Part shown: piece by piece, positions 51,179-64,000 of the stretch
Layout: every line of letters starts with the position of its first letter
How positions within the stretch are numbered: the first letter of the stretch is position 1
Assembly: GCA_032718475.1 (NCBI GenBank)
Contig: JAUCBJ010000923.1
Coordinates: 51,455-115,454, forward strand
DNA length: 64,000 nucleotides
Reading direction: 5' to 3'
Source: Nemertoderma westbladi
Lineage: Eukaryota; Animalia; Xenacoelomorpha
Translations under genes and position numbers: made by a program
Notes under the pieces: model-generated
The model's database searches: none
What the model saw: the letters and a program-made list of their open reading frames with translations, nothing else
What the model was told of the DNA's origin: nothing

Positions 51179-52380
51179 ATGGCTATGGGCTATGGCAGAA
51201 GAAACTGAGTCAAGTGATTTATTTTTAATTGACCTGGAAAATACTCTTAATTCCTGTATAAGGTTTTCTTCAGGAATACAAGCACGTTTGGACTCAGAAT
51301 ATTACGACTACCTCCAGAGGACGTTAAATCACTTTATTACAACTATTCAGATAAATAATGCTGAATGACTCAGAAGTTACAACTGTTTCCGGTAACAATA
51401 CAGATAGTCAACTTCCTTTATTAGCTCAACTAGCTAGTGAGTTAAAGGAATGGCGATTATGGTTTTCTAGTATTGCCCCTCGGGGAAGTTGCACATCTTG
51501 TGTTTCATTACCATCTTTTTAATTTCCTTTGGTTAGTTTATCTCATGATAATGTACCAGTAGTTGGCCGCCCCCCAGTACTACATTTCTAAAGAAACTTT
51601 GGAGGAATTGCGGGATATCGGCTTCACTTGGGTGCAAATTTCGGAAATGTTTAGTGTTAGTCGCTCCACGATTACACGACGGGTTACCGAATTTGGGATT
51701 CAAACATGGAGAACTTTCAGTACGATGTCTGACGATGAAGTCAAAACAATTATTATGGATATACATGGGCAATATGGTAATGCTGGTTGTACTCTTGTTT
51801 ATGGAATAATTATGTCTAGAGGTATTCGTGTCCCTAAAAGCCGTGTTCATCAACTTATGACTGAAATCGATCCAATAATGTCAGCGCAACGTTGGGGTGC
51901 TTTAGAAGACGCCGGAAGTACAGTGTATCAGGTGCTAATGTACTCTGGCACATAGACGCACACCATAGTCTTATAAGGTATGTGATGGTTTGTCTATTTG
52001 TAGCGTAGTCTGTTTCATTCCAATTTGAGAAATAAGGGGGGGGGGGTTAGGTTTTATATTTTCCCCTCGATTTTATATTTTTTACATTCACATATTGTGT
52101 TTTTTTTCTGTAGGTGGCATAGACGGATTTTCTAGAATGATTGTATATCTACAGTACCAATAATCGTGCAGACACCGTACTCAATCTATTTAGCGAAGCT
52201 ACTAATAACTTCGGTGTGCCATCCAGGGTAAGAGGAGACAAGGGCGGAGAGAACAGAGGAGTTGCTGAGTGGATGATAGAGACCAAAGGACCTGACAGAG
52301 GTAGTTATATTGCTGGGCCAAGTACCCACAATCAACGAATTGAGAGGTTATGGCGTGATATATTTCGAGTAGTTGTTTCA
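51179..52380 (+). mobile_element. IS3EU-like DNA transposon transposase (HTH + integrase core), intron-containing, pseudogenised
   Basis: [98 protein letters not shown] intron at 51978-52113; several frameshifts and stops. Confidence 0.8.
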
Positions 52381-52384
52381 TTGT

Positions 52385-52720
52385 CCGGATTCATTGTGTC
52401 AAGTACAATGAACAGAACACATCTCCAATCAGACTCTATACAACATTGGAGGTGTTCCACTAGTCTCCCCTAGCTTGACACTTGAACGGAACTGCCTCCG
52501 CTTTGCAGGACATTGCTTTCGCCGTGAGGACCAGCCAGTGCATAATCTTGTACTTTGGCAGTCTCATGGAGTGAATAAGCATGGTGGACAGCCCATTACT
52601 TTCTTGAGACGCATCTTAAAGGACACTGGTCTTGAAGATGCGGATGATCTAGCAAATGTCATGGGTGATAGGGAGTTGTGGCGGCGCAATTTTGTCGACA
52701 AGCCGGCACAGCTTTCTTAA
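52385..52720 (+). mobile_element. RTE-like LINE 3' fragment truncating the IS3EU-like gene
   Basis: LRFAGHCFRREDQPVHNLVLWQ...GLEDADDLANVMGDRELWR, typical RTE C-terminus; related copies at 34390, 39340 and 46660. Confidence 0.82.
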
Positions 52721-53423
52721 AAATGCAGCTGCAATGCAGCATGCCGATCCTAGTAGTAGTACTACCAGATGAAATGAGCCTACTCCTTGAATCTAAGACA
52801 TGTTTCCCAGACAATCTACCCCTTACTGTAGGCCTAATGCCAAGGCTCACTCGTCGCTCGCCCCACAGAGCAGCCTAACTTGATTCTGAACTTGCCTTTC
52901 CCCAACATTTAATCTAAACTAACGCAATTGTTGGACTCCTGATCTGTTGGAGAAGAAAGCAGGGTGGATGTTATATTTTGTTTTTAACAATACGACTTTT
53001 GTTTGCAGCGAGATTGGGTGGGGGCACGTAGGAAGTTAATGTTAAGTTTGATATATTTTTTAATTATTATATTTATATTTTTTGAGTATCATATTAACGT
53101 CGGAGATATTCCTGATTCAAGGTCAATAACTGCTGTATTTCTTTAAGATTAATAATGTTATTATAATATATTTTTGGAAAATTGGATTAGGCCAAATTTA
53201 AGGCGGATTAATTGCCCGTATTACATGTAAGGTATGAACTTGGTCAAGGACTACTTAAATCCAAGGACGAAGAACGTTAGGGGCGTAGCCAGGATCTGTC
53301 TTGGGGAGGGACGCATTGTTTATAGATTATAAGGTTGAATATATATTATAATATTTATTTTATATATTAAATTATTTTTGTATAATACGCCTATGTTTTA
53401 TGTGATCTATATTTTATTGTACA

Positions 53424-53652
53424 AAAATATAATGGACTATATCTCCCGGACAATATAGTCGTATTTTAATTCCACACCACAACCCCCCCCCCCCCCCCAA
53501 AAAAAAAATAAAAATATTTCATCAAATCGTAATGACAATTTCATTACGATTTGATGAAATATTTTTATTTTTTTTTTTGGGGGGGGGGGGGGGGTGTGGT
53601 GTGGAATTAAAATAAGACTATATTGTCCGGGAGATATAATCCATTATATTTT
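53424..53652. repeat. Near-perfect 229-bp palindrome centred at ~53538
   Basis: ~112-bp arms including mirrored C-run/G-run and A-run/T-run; centre cgtaatga-caatt-tcattacg. Confidence 0.95.
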
Positions 53653-53762
53653 AATTTTTTAATTTTTATTTATAAGAACAGAGATAACATATTTCTTATT
53701 GGGACTTTCTTATTGCATTGCATTTTTAGCTACCGATGATAGAAGCATTTAAAAATTATGTA

Positions 53763-54510
53763 TCCTCTTCGGGATGCAAGTGCAAGGCAGCCGTAGGATG
53801 CGGCCTGACTAGCGACTAGCCCGTGCAAGGCAGCCGTAGGATGCGCCCTTACTGGCGACTAGCCCGTGCAAGGCAGCCGTAGGATGCGCCCTGACTGGCG
53901 ACTAGCCCGTGCAAGGCAGCCGTAGGATGCGCCCTTACTGGCGACTAGCCCGTGCAAGGCAGCCGTAGGATGCGCCCTGACTGGCGACTAGGCCGTGCAA
54001 GGCAGCCGTAGGATGCGCCCTGACTGGCGACTAGCCCGTGCGAGGCAGCCGTAGGATGCGCCCTGACTAGCGACTAGCCCGTGCAAGGCAGCCGTAGGAT
54101 GCGCCCTGACTGGCGACTAGCCCGTGCAAGGCAGCCGTAGGATGCGCCCTTACTGGCGACTAGCCCGTGCAAGGCAGCCGTAGGATGCGCCCTGACTGGC
54201 GACTAGCCCGTGCAAGGCAGCCGTAGGATGCGCCCTGACTGGCGACTAGGCCGTGCAAGGCAGCCGTAGGATGCGCCCTGACTGGCGACTAGCCCTTGCA
54301 AGGCAGCCGTAGGATGCGCCCTGACTGGCGACTAGGCCGTGCAAGGCAGCCGTAGGATGCGCCCTGACTAGCGACTAGCCCGTGCAAGGCAGCCGTAGGA
54401 TGCGCCCTGACTGGCGACTAGCCCGTGCAAGGCAGCCGTAGGATGCGCCCTGACTAGCCCATTCAAAGCATTAAAGGCCCACATGCAGGGGTCGATCCCA
54501 CAACTTCTAG
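53763..54510 (+). mobile_element. Possible non-autonomous Helitron carrying the 43-bp array
   Basis: A|TC at 53762/53763; small hairpin ggggtcgatccc at 54488-54499; CTAG|T at 54507-54511. Confidence 0.4.
53780..54459. repeat. 43-bp GC-rich tandem array (~16 copies)
   Basis: Unit gcccgtgcaaggcagccgtaggatgcgccctgactggcgacta. Confidence 0.97.
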
Positions 54511-54787
54511 TGAAATGTGAATTCTAGGATCTCGATTTAACCATTACGCCAAGCTGGGACTTTATTATTTATAGGATAATTAATTGTGACCTGGTAAGTT
54601 GCGACCTGGACAATTCGCACTCGGGCAATTTGAATCAAATAGATTTTCTTATAATTCCAACACACAACTACATTGAATTAATACTATGTAGTGGGCTGCT
54701 CGTACGAGCTTGCAGGGTAGTGCTGGGTTTTGGTTATGTGATAATGTACAATGCTGCTGTAACCCTAACCTTAACTTGTTGTAGTTA

Positions 54788-56064
54788 TTTGTGGGGCGAG
54801 CCACGAAGTTGGCGGAGCCTTAGCGAATTGACACTGTTAGGGGGTGGGTCAATTTATGCAAATAGTTGTCGTCGTCGTCGTCGTCGTCGTTGTCGTCGTC
54901 GTCGTTGTCGTCGTCGTCGTTGTCGTCGTCGTTACGATTTTGACATGCTAATAACTTTGTCGGATTTAAAGCTGCCAAGTTGAAAATTTGTAGGTATCAA
55001 TATGAGCAAAAGTTGAGATTTTTGAGAGACTTTCAGACACCATCAGTGCAATGGTCTCCCGCTAGAGGGCCACATGTCTAAACATTAAATGGCCACCCAT
55101 TTCTTTGCTTTTAATCCGTTTAAGCTGAAACTTGGGAAGTATGTACTAGACCATTAGCTGTAAATTTCAAAGGAGGCTAATCTGTCTGCAGTTCTCCAGT
55201 CTGCCGCTAGAGGGCGAAATGTCCCGAATGTGAAATTATTCTTCCATTTAGTTGTTTATGATCTGATTACGCTGAAACTTGTCATATATGTACTAGATGA
55301 CATCCTGAGTCTTTGTGTGGATTGTAATCGGTCCGAAGTTTTCCAGTCTCCCGCTAGAGGGCCACATGTCTAAACATTAAATGGCCACCCATTTCTTTGC
55401 TTTTAATCCGTTTAAGCTGAAACTTGGGAAGTATGTACTAGACCATTAGCTGTAAATTTCAAAGGAGGCTAATCTGTCTGCAGTTCTCCAGTCTGCCGCT
55501 AGAGGGCGAAATGTCCCGAATGTGAAATTATTCTTCCATTTAGTTGTTTATGATCTGATTACGCTGAAACTTGTCATATATGTACTAGAAGACATCCTAA
55601 GTCTTTGTGTGGACAGTAATCGGTCCGGAGTTTTCGAGTCTGCCGCTAGAGGGCGAAATGTAGGAAAGTGATAACCTTTGCGAATTCCTTGATCTTAATC
55701 TATTTAAGCTGAATTTTGGAATATACAGTACCGGTATGTACTAGACCACATGCCTCGTCTTTGTGAGGAAGGTGATCGATCCGTAGTTCTTTAATATGCC
55801 GCTAGAGGGCTAAATGTATGAAAGTGAAAACCTTCCAACATTTCGTTATTTATGATCCGTCAATCGGAAACTTGGTAGATATGTAATAGACCATAGGATG
55901 TGGCTTTGTAGGGAAACTAATCCTTCCTTCTTCAGTTACCCAGTCTCCCGCTAGAGGGTTAACGTTTTCCGGGAAAATCTTCTCCTATGTTTTTATAATC
56001 CTTTCGAGTTGATACTTAGCATTAACTCATTTCACGTGCTGCGCGAAGGCCCCACTTCGTGTTT
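54788..56064 (+). mobile_element. Helentron-associated non-autonomous element (HINE/DINE-1-like)
   Basis: Subterminal inverted repeat cacgaagttggc (54802) / gcccacttcgtg (56049); (GTC)n microsatellite at 54865-54932; seven ~146-155-bp internal repeats marked by ccgctagaggg, including a near-exact 292-bp duplication; T-rich flanks. Confidence 0.75.
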
Positions 56065-56660
56065 ACTTATATATATATACAGTTGCACTTTGGGCTACTT
56101 TATGAACAGGTAATTTCATTAGAACTTTTTCAGTTCAAGGATAGAGGGTTATTAGGTAATATGACTAGGTTGTTCTATTAATTAATCACCCAACACCCTC
56201 TATTTAACAAGGACAACATTAATCAATAATAACCTGGGATGAATTTTGCATCCACAAATTTATTAATTGAGCTCTTTATTTATATGGAACCGGTATATAA
56301 TCGGTTGGGAGAAATGGAGGCGAGGGATATTTTATATCGGGGATTCTAGCAGGTTGCAAACCAATCTAAAGTCGAAACTGGGCCACTTTGATCTTGAATT
56401 TCTCGTAAATAACTTAATTACGAAAGAGAGAGAGCGGTTGAAAGAGTGAAATTATATACAGCGGCCAACCCATCTCTTATAAAAGACACATAATAACATT
56501 ATATCGGCACATAAAGTGCTCAACAAATATCACTTTATAGTTTTCCTTACGCCACGGCGAATAATGTTATTTCAGCAGCGTAGCGATGGCAATAATGAAA
56601 TGACGCAATGTAAGACAACGCGAAACTTTAAATTTCACGGGTTAATTCAATTAACAGAGT

Positions 56661-56838
56661 AACGTTTCGGAGCAAAAAACGTTTCGGAGCAAAAAACGTT
56701 TCGGAGCAAAAAACGTTTCGGAGCAAAAAACGTTTCGGAGCAAAAAACGTTTCGGAGCAAAAAACTTTTCGGAGCAAAAAACGTTTCGGAGCAAAAAACG
56801 TTTCGGAGCAAAAAACGTCTCGGAGCAAAAAACGTTTT
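56661..56838. repeat. 17-bp tandem repeat (cgtttcggagcaaaaaa, ~10 copies)
   Basis: Direct periodicity. Confidence 0.96.
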
Positions 56839-59800
56839 GAAAAACAAAACGTTTTTTTTTTCTTTTAAAATTTTGGCGTTGTTTTAAATTGCCTTACCTC
56901 AAACAGATTGCCTAAAAACAAAACCTTTCTTAATAATAATGAAATCAGTGTTGGAAATATTCAAAGTGCAATAGCAATAAAACTCAATTAGAATTAATTA
57001 ATTAACCTGTAGGCCAATCACTCTTAAGACTTTTATTGTTTCGATATTAAGATTATATTTTTCAATCAACGACCATCCTCTCAACTGTCTTGTGGTTAAT
57101 GTTTGCCATCACATACAATTAATGAAATTTAATCTGAAATCTGGAATTCTCCAGAAAAAATAAAATATTCAGTTTAAAGGGAACCCGAGCCAGGGGTGCC
57201 AAAGCAGGTGCTCATTATATAAACATTAGGTTAGTTCATGGATTCCAGTACGACTTGATACTCTGTATGAGTGTGGCTCCATGTACGACTGTACTTAATT
57301 CCCCTGCCGTTAACACATAGTGTTTACGCCTATCTATGTAGGCTGGCTACCTATCGGCTCAGTTACACAATGATTAGAGTCCTTCCTGGCAGCTGCACAA
57401 TCTATAATTTAATTCGGTTTGCTTTTTCCTCTCTCTCTCTCTCTCTCTCTCCCCCAATGAACCAGTTATCTCTTCCTCTCCTTTTAACTCTGGAATTTTT
57501 GCTGAGGCAATTTGGTTTCTAAATAAAAAGAAATATTTAACTGTATATACATGATCTTAGGTTTTCTTATGCATCAACCTGGCACCGTTTTTTCAAATTT
57601 AAAAATTAATTGTTGACAGAAAATAATTCGAAAAGTTGTAAATATACGTAGAAGTAGGTGTGTTGTTCGTGGTAGGCATTTGTCTTATAATGTTTCAGTA
57701 TTTTTGTAGTATTTTCGTTGTTTTAGTTTGTTTTTTAAAGTAAACCGGCCTCTGTAATCAACTGCTCTACGATCTAGGGTATGTAGGCCTATCTCGTAAT
57801 TGGGATTTAAAAGAGGAACTAATTAGCGTAGGGTGCTTTATTACATACAATGTTCAATGCCATTGAAGAGATATTGGATATTTTAATAATAAAAAAATAT
57901 ATATCTTCTTTATATGAGTAATCGAGTTTGAAAGGAGACCAGTGAAAAATGTTTGTTAGTTTGTTTATTGTTTACAGGAGGAAATAAGGCTTGATCTCAA
58001 TTTGGTTACTGTACATTCTGGCTGCATTATTATTATTGTACTTTTTGGTTTGTATTTGCTTGTGTAGACAGAGGCAGGCCTATTACAGTACTACAGTTTG
58101 TTCAGCTATATCAGCACCAATTCCTTATTAATTTAGTGCCACACACTCTCAACAATCGCTTACTGATTAGGCTACTCAATTCTACTCGGATTCAGACAAT
58201 TCCGACGGTGGTGGAGGGGCTCCGCCCACAATATACCACCTCCTTCTATTCTCAGCTACCCATCGCTTCCATCGATTACGAATGGCATTCTCTTGGCGTA
58301 TTGATTTTACGAAAAATTCATAATATTCCGATTGTTGTTTAGTTTGGGGAAACCTGATGTTTCCGAGTTATGCTTTAATGCCCATACCGGCTCCTCGCGA
58401 TATGTTACAGGAAATTGAAGGATAGAGATCAATTAATGCAGGATTCTTTTAATTTAGGGGGCCTATGAACTTTGTGACCTCGTCAAGTTCAAATTATTTG
58501 ATTAATTCAAACCTATAACTGATACTTCTTTATACGCGGGTGAGACCTGGACACTGGCGAAATCACTTGGGCAGTCCTAAACATAAGCTGGGCCAATAAT
58601 AATTTAATATGGTATACTGGTATTAATATGGTATAATATGGTAATTTAATATAATATACGCTTTACTTTATTACTTACAATATAATACCCAGTTAATTAT
58701 AATTTTCTTAGGATATGAACTATATATCTTTCATAGCTAGGCCTATTTAATCTCCTAAATTAAATCTATTTATCTCTAATTTGAGGCGCCACTTATTATC
58801 CTGCTATGCAATTAAATTCTACCATCCTTAATAATTATCTAATAGCATTGCCTTATTTATTACCATAATTAATAACTGTGTGCATTTACTGGCTTAATTA
58901 TAATAATTTTCATATAATATTTGACCTTAAACTATTAGTCTAATTATGATTTACTGTGCGAGTACAATGTACATGCCTATTATCAATATTATAATATATA
59001 TTTACCCCGACTGGGGGTGTATCTTCATGTAAAAAAATAATAATTTAATATGTTGCGGAAACCTTAGTTAAAGAAGATGTATGAATAATGATGGCGCAAT
59101 AAATTATTTTTGTCATCATTATTAATTTACAAATCCAATCGGTTAAATAAAACAATGAAAATGTATAATTAATTAATACGGCCGCGGCGCGGCTGTGTGT
59201 CGCAAAATTATTCCAAAAATGATCAAGAGATGAGAGAGAAGCAGAACACAGAGGATCTTTTTATTTCAAGTGCGGGAGGCGCAATATACTGGTAGGCCTC
59301 TCATTATAACGAACCTGTCTTTAGACTGGGTAGTTTTTGTCTAAAGCTGAGGCCGGCAAAAACACGATGGATATATTTACCTTTATTTCATATCACTATA
59401 TATGTCACTATATCACTCACTATGTATGTTCACCAAATGGCTTGAAACCACTTGCATGCATTGTAAAATTGTAAACGCAAGTATTTATCAATTGTTGTCT
59501 AGTTGTTGAATAAAAAAGTTGGGAACGATTCGAAGTGCGATATTCGAAATATTTGCATATTTTCAACATTATTGAACGCGAAATTAAATACCCACAACTC
59601 CCTTGCTTGAAATGTTTTTCAGGTGATTGATATTTAGCAATTATTATGAGGTTACTTACTACTGAAATCTGACAGAATGCCAAACGTATTATTATAGTTC
59701 TATCTCTATTCAGCCAGTTAGTGTAATGTCAAGCAGTACATCATTTATATATCGTATGTATCTATAGGGCCTAATTGTCATCGTTATAATACTGTCATCA

Positions 59801-60956
59801 ACTTAGGCTAAGCTCAATTGTAATGCAAAGGCTTAGTAGGTTTTGTATATCTGGGACGTTTACAACAGCTGTCGATTAAACTAACAAAACCATAAAACTG
59901 AACCAGGGTGGCTGCCAGCCGGGTACCAACGGCTGTTGGGTAGACTTAAGGGAACATTTCACAAACTTTCATAGGATGCTTGTACATGTACATTATATTG
60001 GTTGCTCCGATGTTTTTATTAGGCTAACTGAGAATGTATCAGGTATAAATACTGTAATTATAGTGTTCTTTATTTTATTTATCTAATACAGAAAAGACCC
60101 CTCCGCAGAATAAACTGCTCTTTTGGGCCGTTTCTCAGGTTGCGGATATGGATACCATTTCACACATCATCGTAGTAATTGTGATTATGATTTGTTTGCC
60201 TAGGCGAATGTGTATTACATTAGATGGGAGGCAGTTTTTTGGTTGATGCAAGTCATTCTTGGTTTGCATCTTCCAATCCCATCTGTTTCTTGGAGTCTGT
60301 GTAAGACAGGTTCGTTTAAAGCCATCTTGATGGCGTTCTAGTATGATATTACTGTACCATATAGGGTAGTACGAATGTTTGCTTTTACTGCAGTTCAGTT
60401 ACATGGTTTAACCACCCCCCCCCCCCCCCCCCCCCCTTCCTCCCTTTATCCATATGTTGGGTTAACGTAACATTACAAACACACTACCATGTTTGCCACC
60501 ATTACTTCCAGGCCCACTTCTCTCCATCACCCAGGCCTGCTTTATAATGAATATCCTGCTATTAACAGATGTTGTAACCAGCTCCTACATCCCAATATTC
60601 TATGCGACAGGCCTTGTTCGTCGCCGGCCGTCGTCTAGCTCCAATCAATGGATCTGCTTCAATTGATTCCCAACTCTTACCCACTTACTTTCTATACAGA
60701 ACCTCCCTATTCCCCCATTGGACAATTGTCTTGTTATTTCTGTTATTTTATATTTTTTTATCACTGACATACTCATTAGACTATGTTGTCAAATTGGTTA
60801 TCAATGTCTACACTTGTTATCCAAAATAAATTGGAGACGATAAAATATAAATTGTGTCGAAAGCGAAAATTGTTAAATAAGATTTCGATCTATATACTAT
60901 ATTGATAAATTTCTCAGGGTAAAACAATTTCGTTATAATTGGCTGTGTATTTTAGA

Positions 60957-61223
60957 TGGGGGGGGGGGGGGGGGGGGGGGACTGAACGCAAATCACATCT
61001 CAGCGAATTCATATCTCTCCTCAATGTTAAATTATCAATTTAGGGAAAGGAGCAGGTTACAGCGGCACGTTATTCTATCCAAAATAATAATAATACTGAA
61101 CTCCGTAGAACAGGTTACAGTTATACATTATTGAGAGTTATCAGCAGTTACTTGCGTCGCTATTCCCTTGGAGATGGAGAGGGTTTAATTTTTATTGCGT
61201 CGAAGTCCCCCCCCCCCCCCCCC
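60957..61223. mobile_element. MITE with G-run/C-run termini (copy 2)
   Basis: gggggactgaacgcaa ... ttgcgtcgaagtccccc; shares aatttagggaaa.gag.aggttacag and tagaacagg.tacagt with 44124-44337. Confidence 0.72.
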
Positions 61224-61836
61224 ATATCTTTTTTTAAAATAACACCGCATTATTTTCTTCAAAACCGTTATTTATTAGGTGCAAATTAATAAAATTGTAA
61301 TATAATTTATTGTCTTATATATTTTGCCTTGTCTTTGTCATTTATTTCTACATTGGCAGTAATTGTTGTTGGTGTTAGTTGATTAGCAGTGCTATACTAC
61401 TTTTAATATTACGTCATGGTTTTCCGGCGGAAGTACCAGCACCCTCTGTGATTTTATTATGTCACAGCATTCATTGCATTGGGTGAGTTGCAGTTGACAT
61501 CCAGATAGACGCATACTGAAATTGCGAAAGTAGTACTAGGCCTACTGGTATGCGTAATTATATGTTCAATTATATATTTTTTTCCGAAAAATAAAACTAA
61601 TGATAAAAATGATTATAAAAACCAATTGAACCTGATTCCTGAATGGGAGGTACTGTATGGTAATTTAATTATATAATTATTTACTCTAGGGAAGGCTCAG
61701 TTGGTTGAGCGCTGAGCAAGCAATCTATTTGGTTGAGACATTTATTCTGCCCCCCTCTCCCTTTATCTGTATATTATTTATTTATGTATGTATGAATATG
61801 ATTGAAACGTAATTTGAAAATTGAAACATAATTACG

Positions 61837-63738
61837 ATTGGAACGTAAATAAAGTATTGGAACGTAAATAAAGTATTGGAACGTAAATAAAGTATTGGAA
61901 CGTAAATAAAATATTGGAACGTAAATAAAGTATTGGAACGTAAATAAAGTATTGGAACGTAAATAAAATATTGGAACGTAAATAAAATATTGGAACGTAA
62001 ATAAAGTATTGGAACGTAAATAAAGTATTGGAACGTAAATAAAATATTGGAACGTAAATAAAGTATTGGAACGTAAATAAAGTATTGGAACGTAAATAAA
62101 ATATTGGAACGTAAATAAAGTATTGGAACGTAAATAAAGTATTGGAACGTAAATAAAGTATTGGAACGTAAATAAAGTATTGGAACGTAAATAAAGTATT
62201 GGAACGTAAATAAAGTATTGGAACGTAAATAAAGTATTGGAACGTAAATAAAGTATTGGAACGTAAATAAAGTATTGGAACGTAAATAAAGTATTGGAAC
62301 GTAAATAAAGTATTGGAACGTAAATAAAGTATTGGAACGTAAATAAAGTATTGGAACGTAAATAAAGTATTGGAACGTAAATAAAGTATTGGAACGTAAA
62401 TAAAGTATTGGAACGTAAATAAAGTATTGGAACGTAAATAAAGTATTGGAACGTAAATAAAGTATTGGAACGTAAATAAAGTATTGGAACGTAAATAAAG
62501 TATTGGAACGTAAATAAAGTATTGGAACGTAAATAAAATATTGGAACGTAAATAAAGTATTGGAACGTAAATAAAGTATTGGAACGTAAATAAAGTATTG
62601 GAACGTAAATAAAGTATTGGAACGTAAATAAAGTATTGGAACGTAAATAAAGTATTGGAACGTAAATAAAGTATTGGAACGTAAATAAAGTATTGGAACG
62701 TAAATAAAGTATTGGAACGTAAATAAAGTATTGGAACGTAAATAAAGTATTGGAACGTAAATAAAGTATTGGAACGTAAATAAAGTATTGGAACGTAAAT
62801 AAAGTATTGGAACGTAAATAAAGTATTGGAACGTAAATAAAGTATTGGAACGTAAATAAAGTATTGGAACGTAAATAAAGTATTGGAACGTAATTAAAGT
62901 ATTGGAACGTAAATAAAATATTGGAACGTAAATAAAATATTGGAACGTAAATAAAGTATTGGAACGTAAATAAAGTATTGGAACGTAAATAAAGTATTGG
63001 AACGTAAATAAAGTATTGGAACGTAAATAAAGTATTGGAACGTAAATAAAGTATTGGAACGTAAATAAAGTATTGGAACGTAAATAAAGTATTGGAACGT
63101 AAATAAAGTATTGGAACGTAAATAAAGTATTGGAACGTAAATAAAGTATTGGAACGTAAATAAAGTATTGGAACGTAAATAAAGTATTGGAACGTAAATA
63201 AAATATTGGAACGTAAATAAAGTATTGGAACGTAAATAAAGTATTGGAACGTAAATAAAGTATTGGAACGTAAATAAAGTATTGGAACGTAAATAAAGTA
63301 TTGGAACGTAAATAAAGTATTGGAACGTAAATAAAGTATTGGAACGTAAATAAAGTATTGGAACGTAAATAAAGTATTGGAACGTAAATAAAGTATTGGA
63401 ACGTAAATAAAGTATTGGAACGTAAATAAAGTATTGGAACGTAAATAAAGTATTGGAACGTAAATAAAGTATTGGAACGTAAATAAAGTATTGGAACGTA
63501 AATAAAGTATTGGAACGTAAATAAAGTATTGGAACGTAAATAAAGTATTGGAACGTAAATAAAGTATTGGAACGTAATTAAAGTATTGGAACGTAAATAA
63601 AATATTGGAACGTAAATAAAGTATTGGAACGTAAATAAAGTATTGGAACGTAAATAAAGTATTGGAACGTAAATAAAGTATTGGAACGTAAATAAAGTAT
63701 TGGAACGTAAATAAAGTATTGGAACGTAAATAAAGTAT
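61837..63738. repeat. 19-bp satellite (ttggaacgtaaataaagta, ~100 copies)
   Basis: Highly homogeneous direct periodicity. Confidence 0.99.
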
Positions 63739-63749
63739 CTGATCTTAAA

Positions 63750-64000
63750 TCTAGTAACTTAAAGTAAATAAAGTAACTCAAAGTAAATAAAGTAACTTAA
63801 AGTAAATAATGTAACTTAATGTAAATCTAGTAACTTAAAGTAAATAAAGTATCTCAAAGTAAATAAAGTAAATGAAGTAACTTAAAGTAAATAATGTAAC
63901 TTAATGTAAATAAAGCAACTTAAAGTGAATAAAGTAACTTAAAGTAAATAAAGTAACTTAAAGTAAATAAAGTAACTTAAAGTAAATAAAGTAACTTAAA
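63750..64000. repeat. 20-bp tandem repeat (aagtaaataaagtaacttaa), runs off the right edge
   Basis: Direct periodicity; shares the gtaaataaagta core with the 19-bp array. Confidence 0.9.

Noticed and set aside
54630-54983. Poly-Arg ORF
   Set aside because: Translation of the (GTC)n microsatellite within the HINE-like element.
59305-60320. Inverted 14-bp match aacgaacctgtctt / aagacaggttcgtt as TIRs
   Set aside because: Too short, with no clear TSD or internal support, to call an element.

Overview
Repeat-rich, AT-rich genomic DNA of an intron-containing eukaryote, most likely an invertebrate animal; nothing prokaryotic and no CRISPR array. The left two-thirds is spanned by a spliced minus-strand gene that the ORF track misses. 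I reconstructed six phase-compatible GT-AG exons by hand (40104 down to 2365) encoding a divergent NWD1/NWD2-like protein (DUF4062-type N-terminus followed by a NACHT-like region with a degenerate P-loop). Its introns hold at least seven unrelated tandem arrays (30, 22, 53, 59, 21, 40 and 49 bp), several LINE and BEL/Pao remnants and, in a ~27.8-kb intron, an antisense intronless patatin-like phospholipase gene (24101-28363) with a ~870-aa acidic/His-repeat tail. The 30-bp array at the window start is an amplification of this gene's own exon/intron junction (CAG|GTATGT). The right third is a transposon pile-up: a MULE-like foldback with nested MITEs, an RT-less Gypsy-type LTR element whose integrase ends in a PHD finger, an intron-containing IS3EU-like transposase remnant, RTE-like fragments, Helitron/Helentron-type non-autonomous elements carrying tandem repeats, and terminal 19/20-bp satellites. 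All family assignments come from motif recognition by eye, not database searches.
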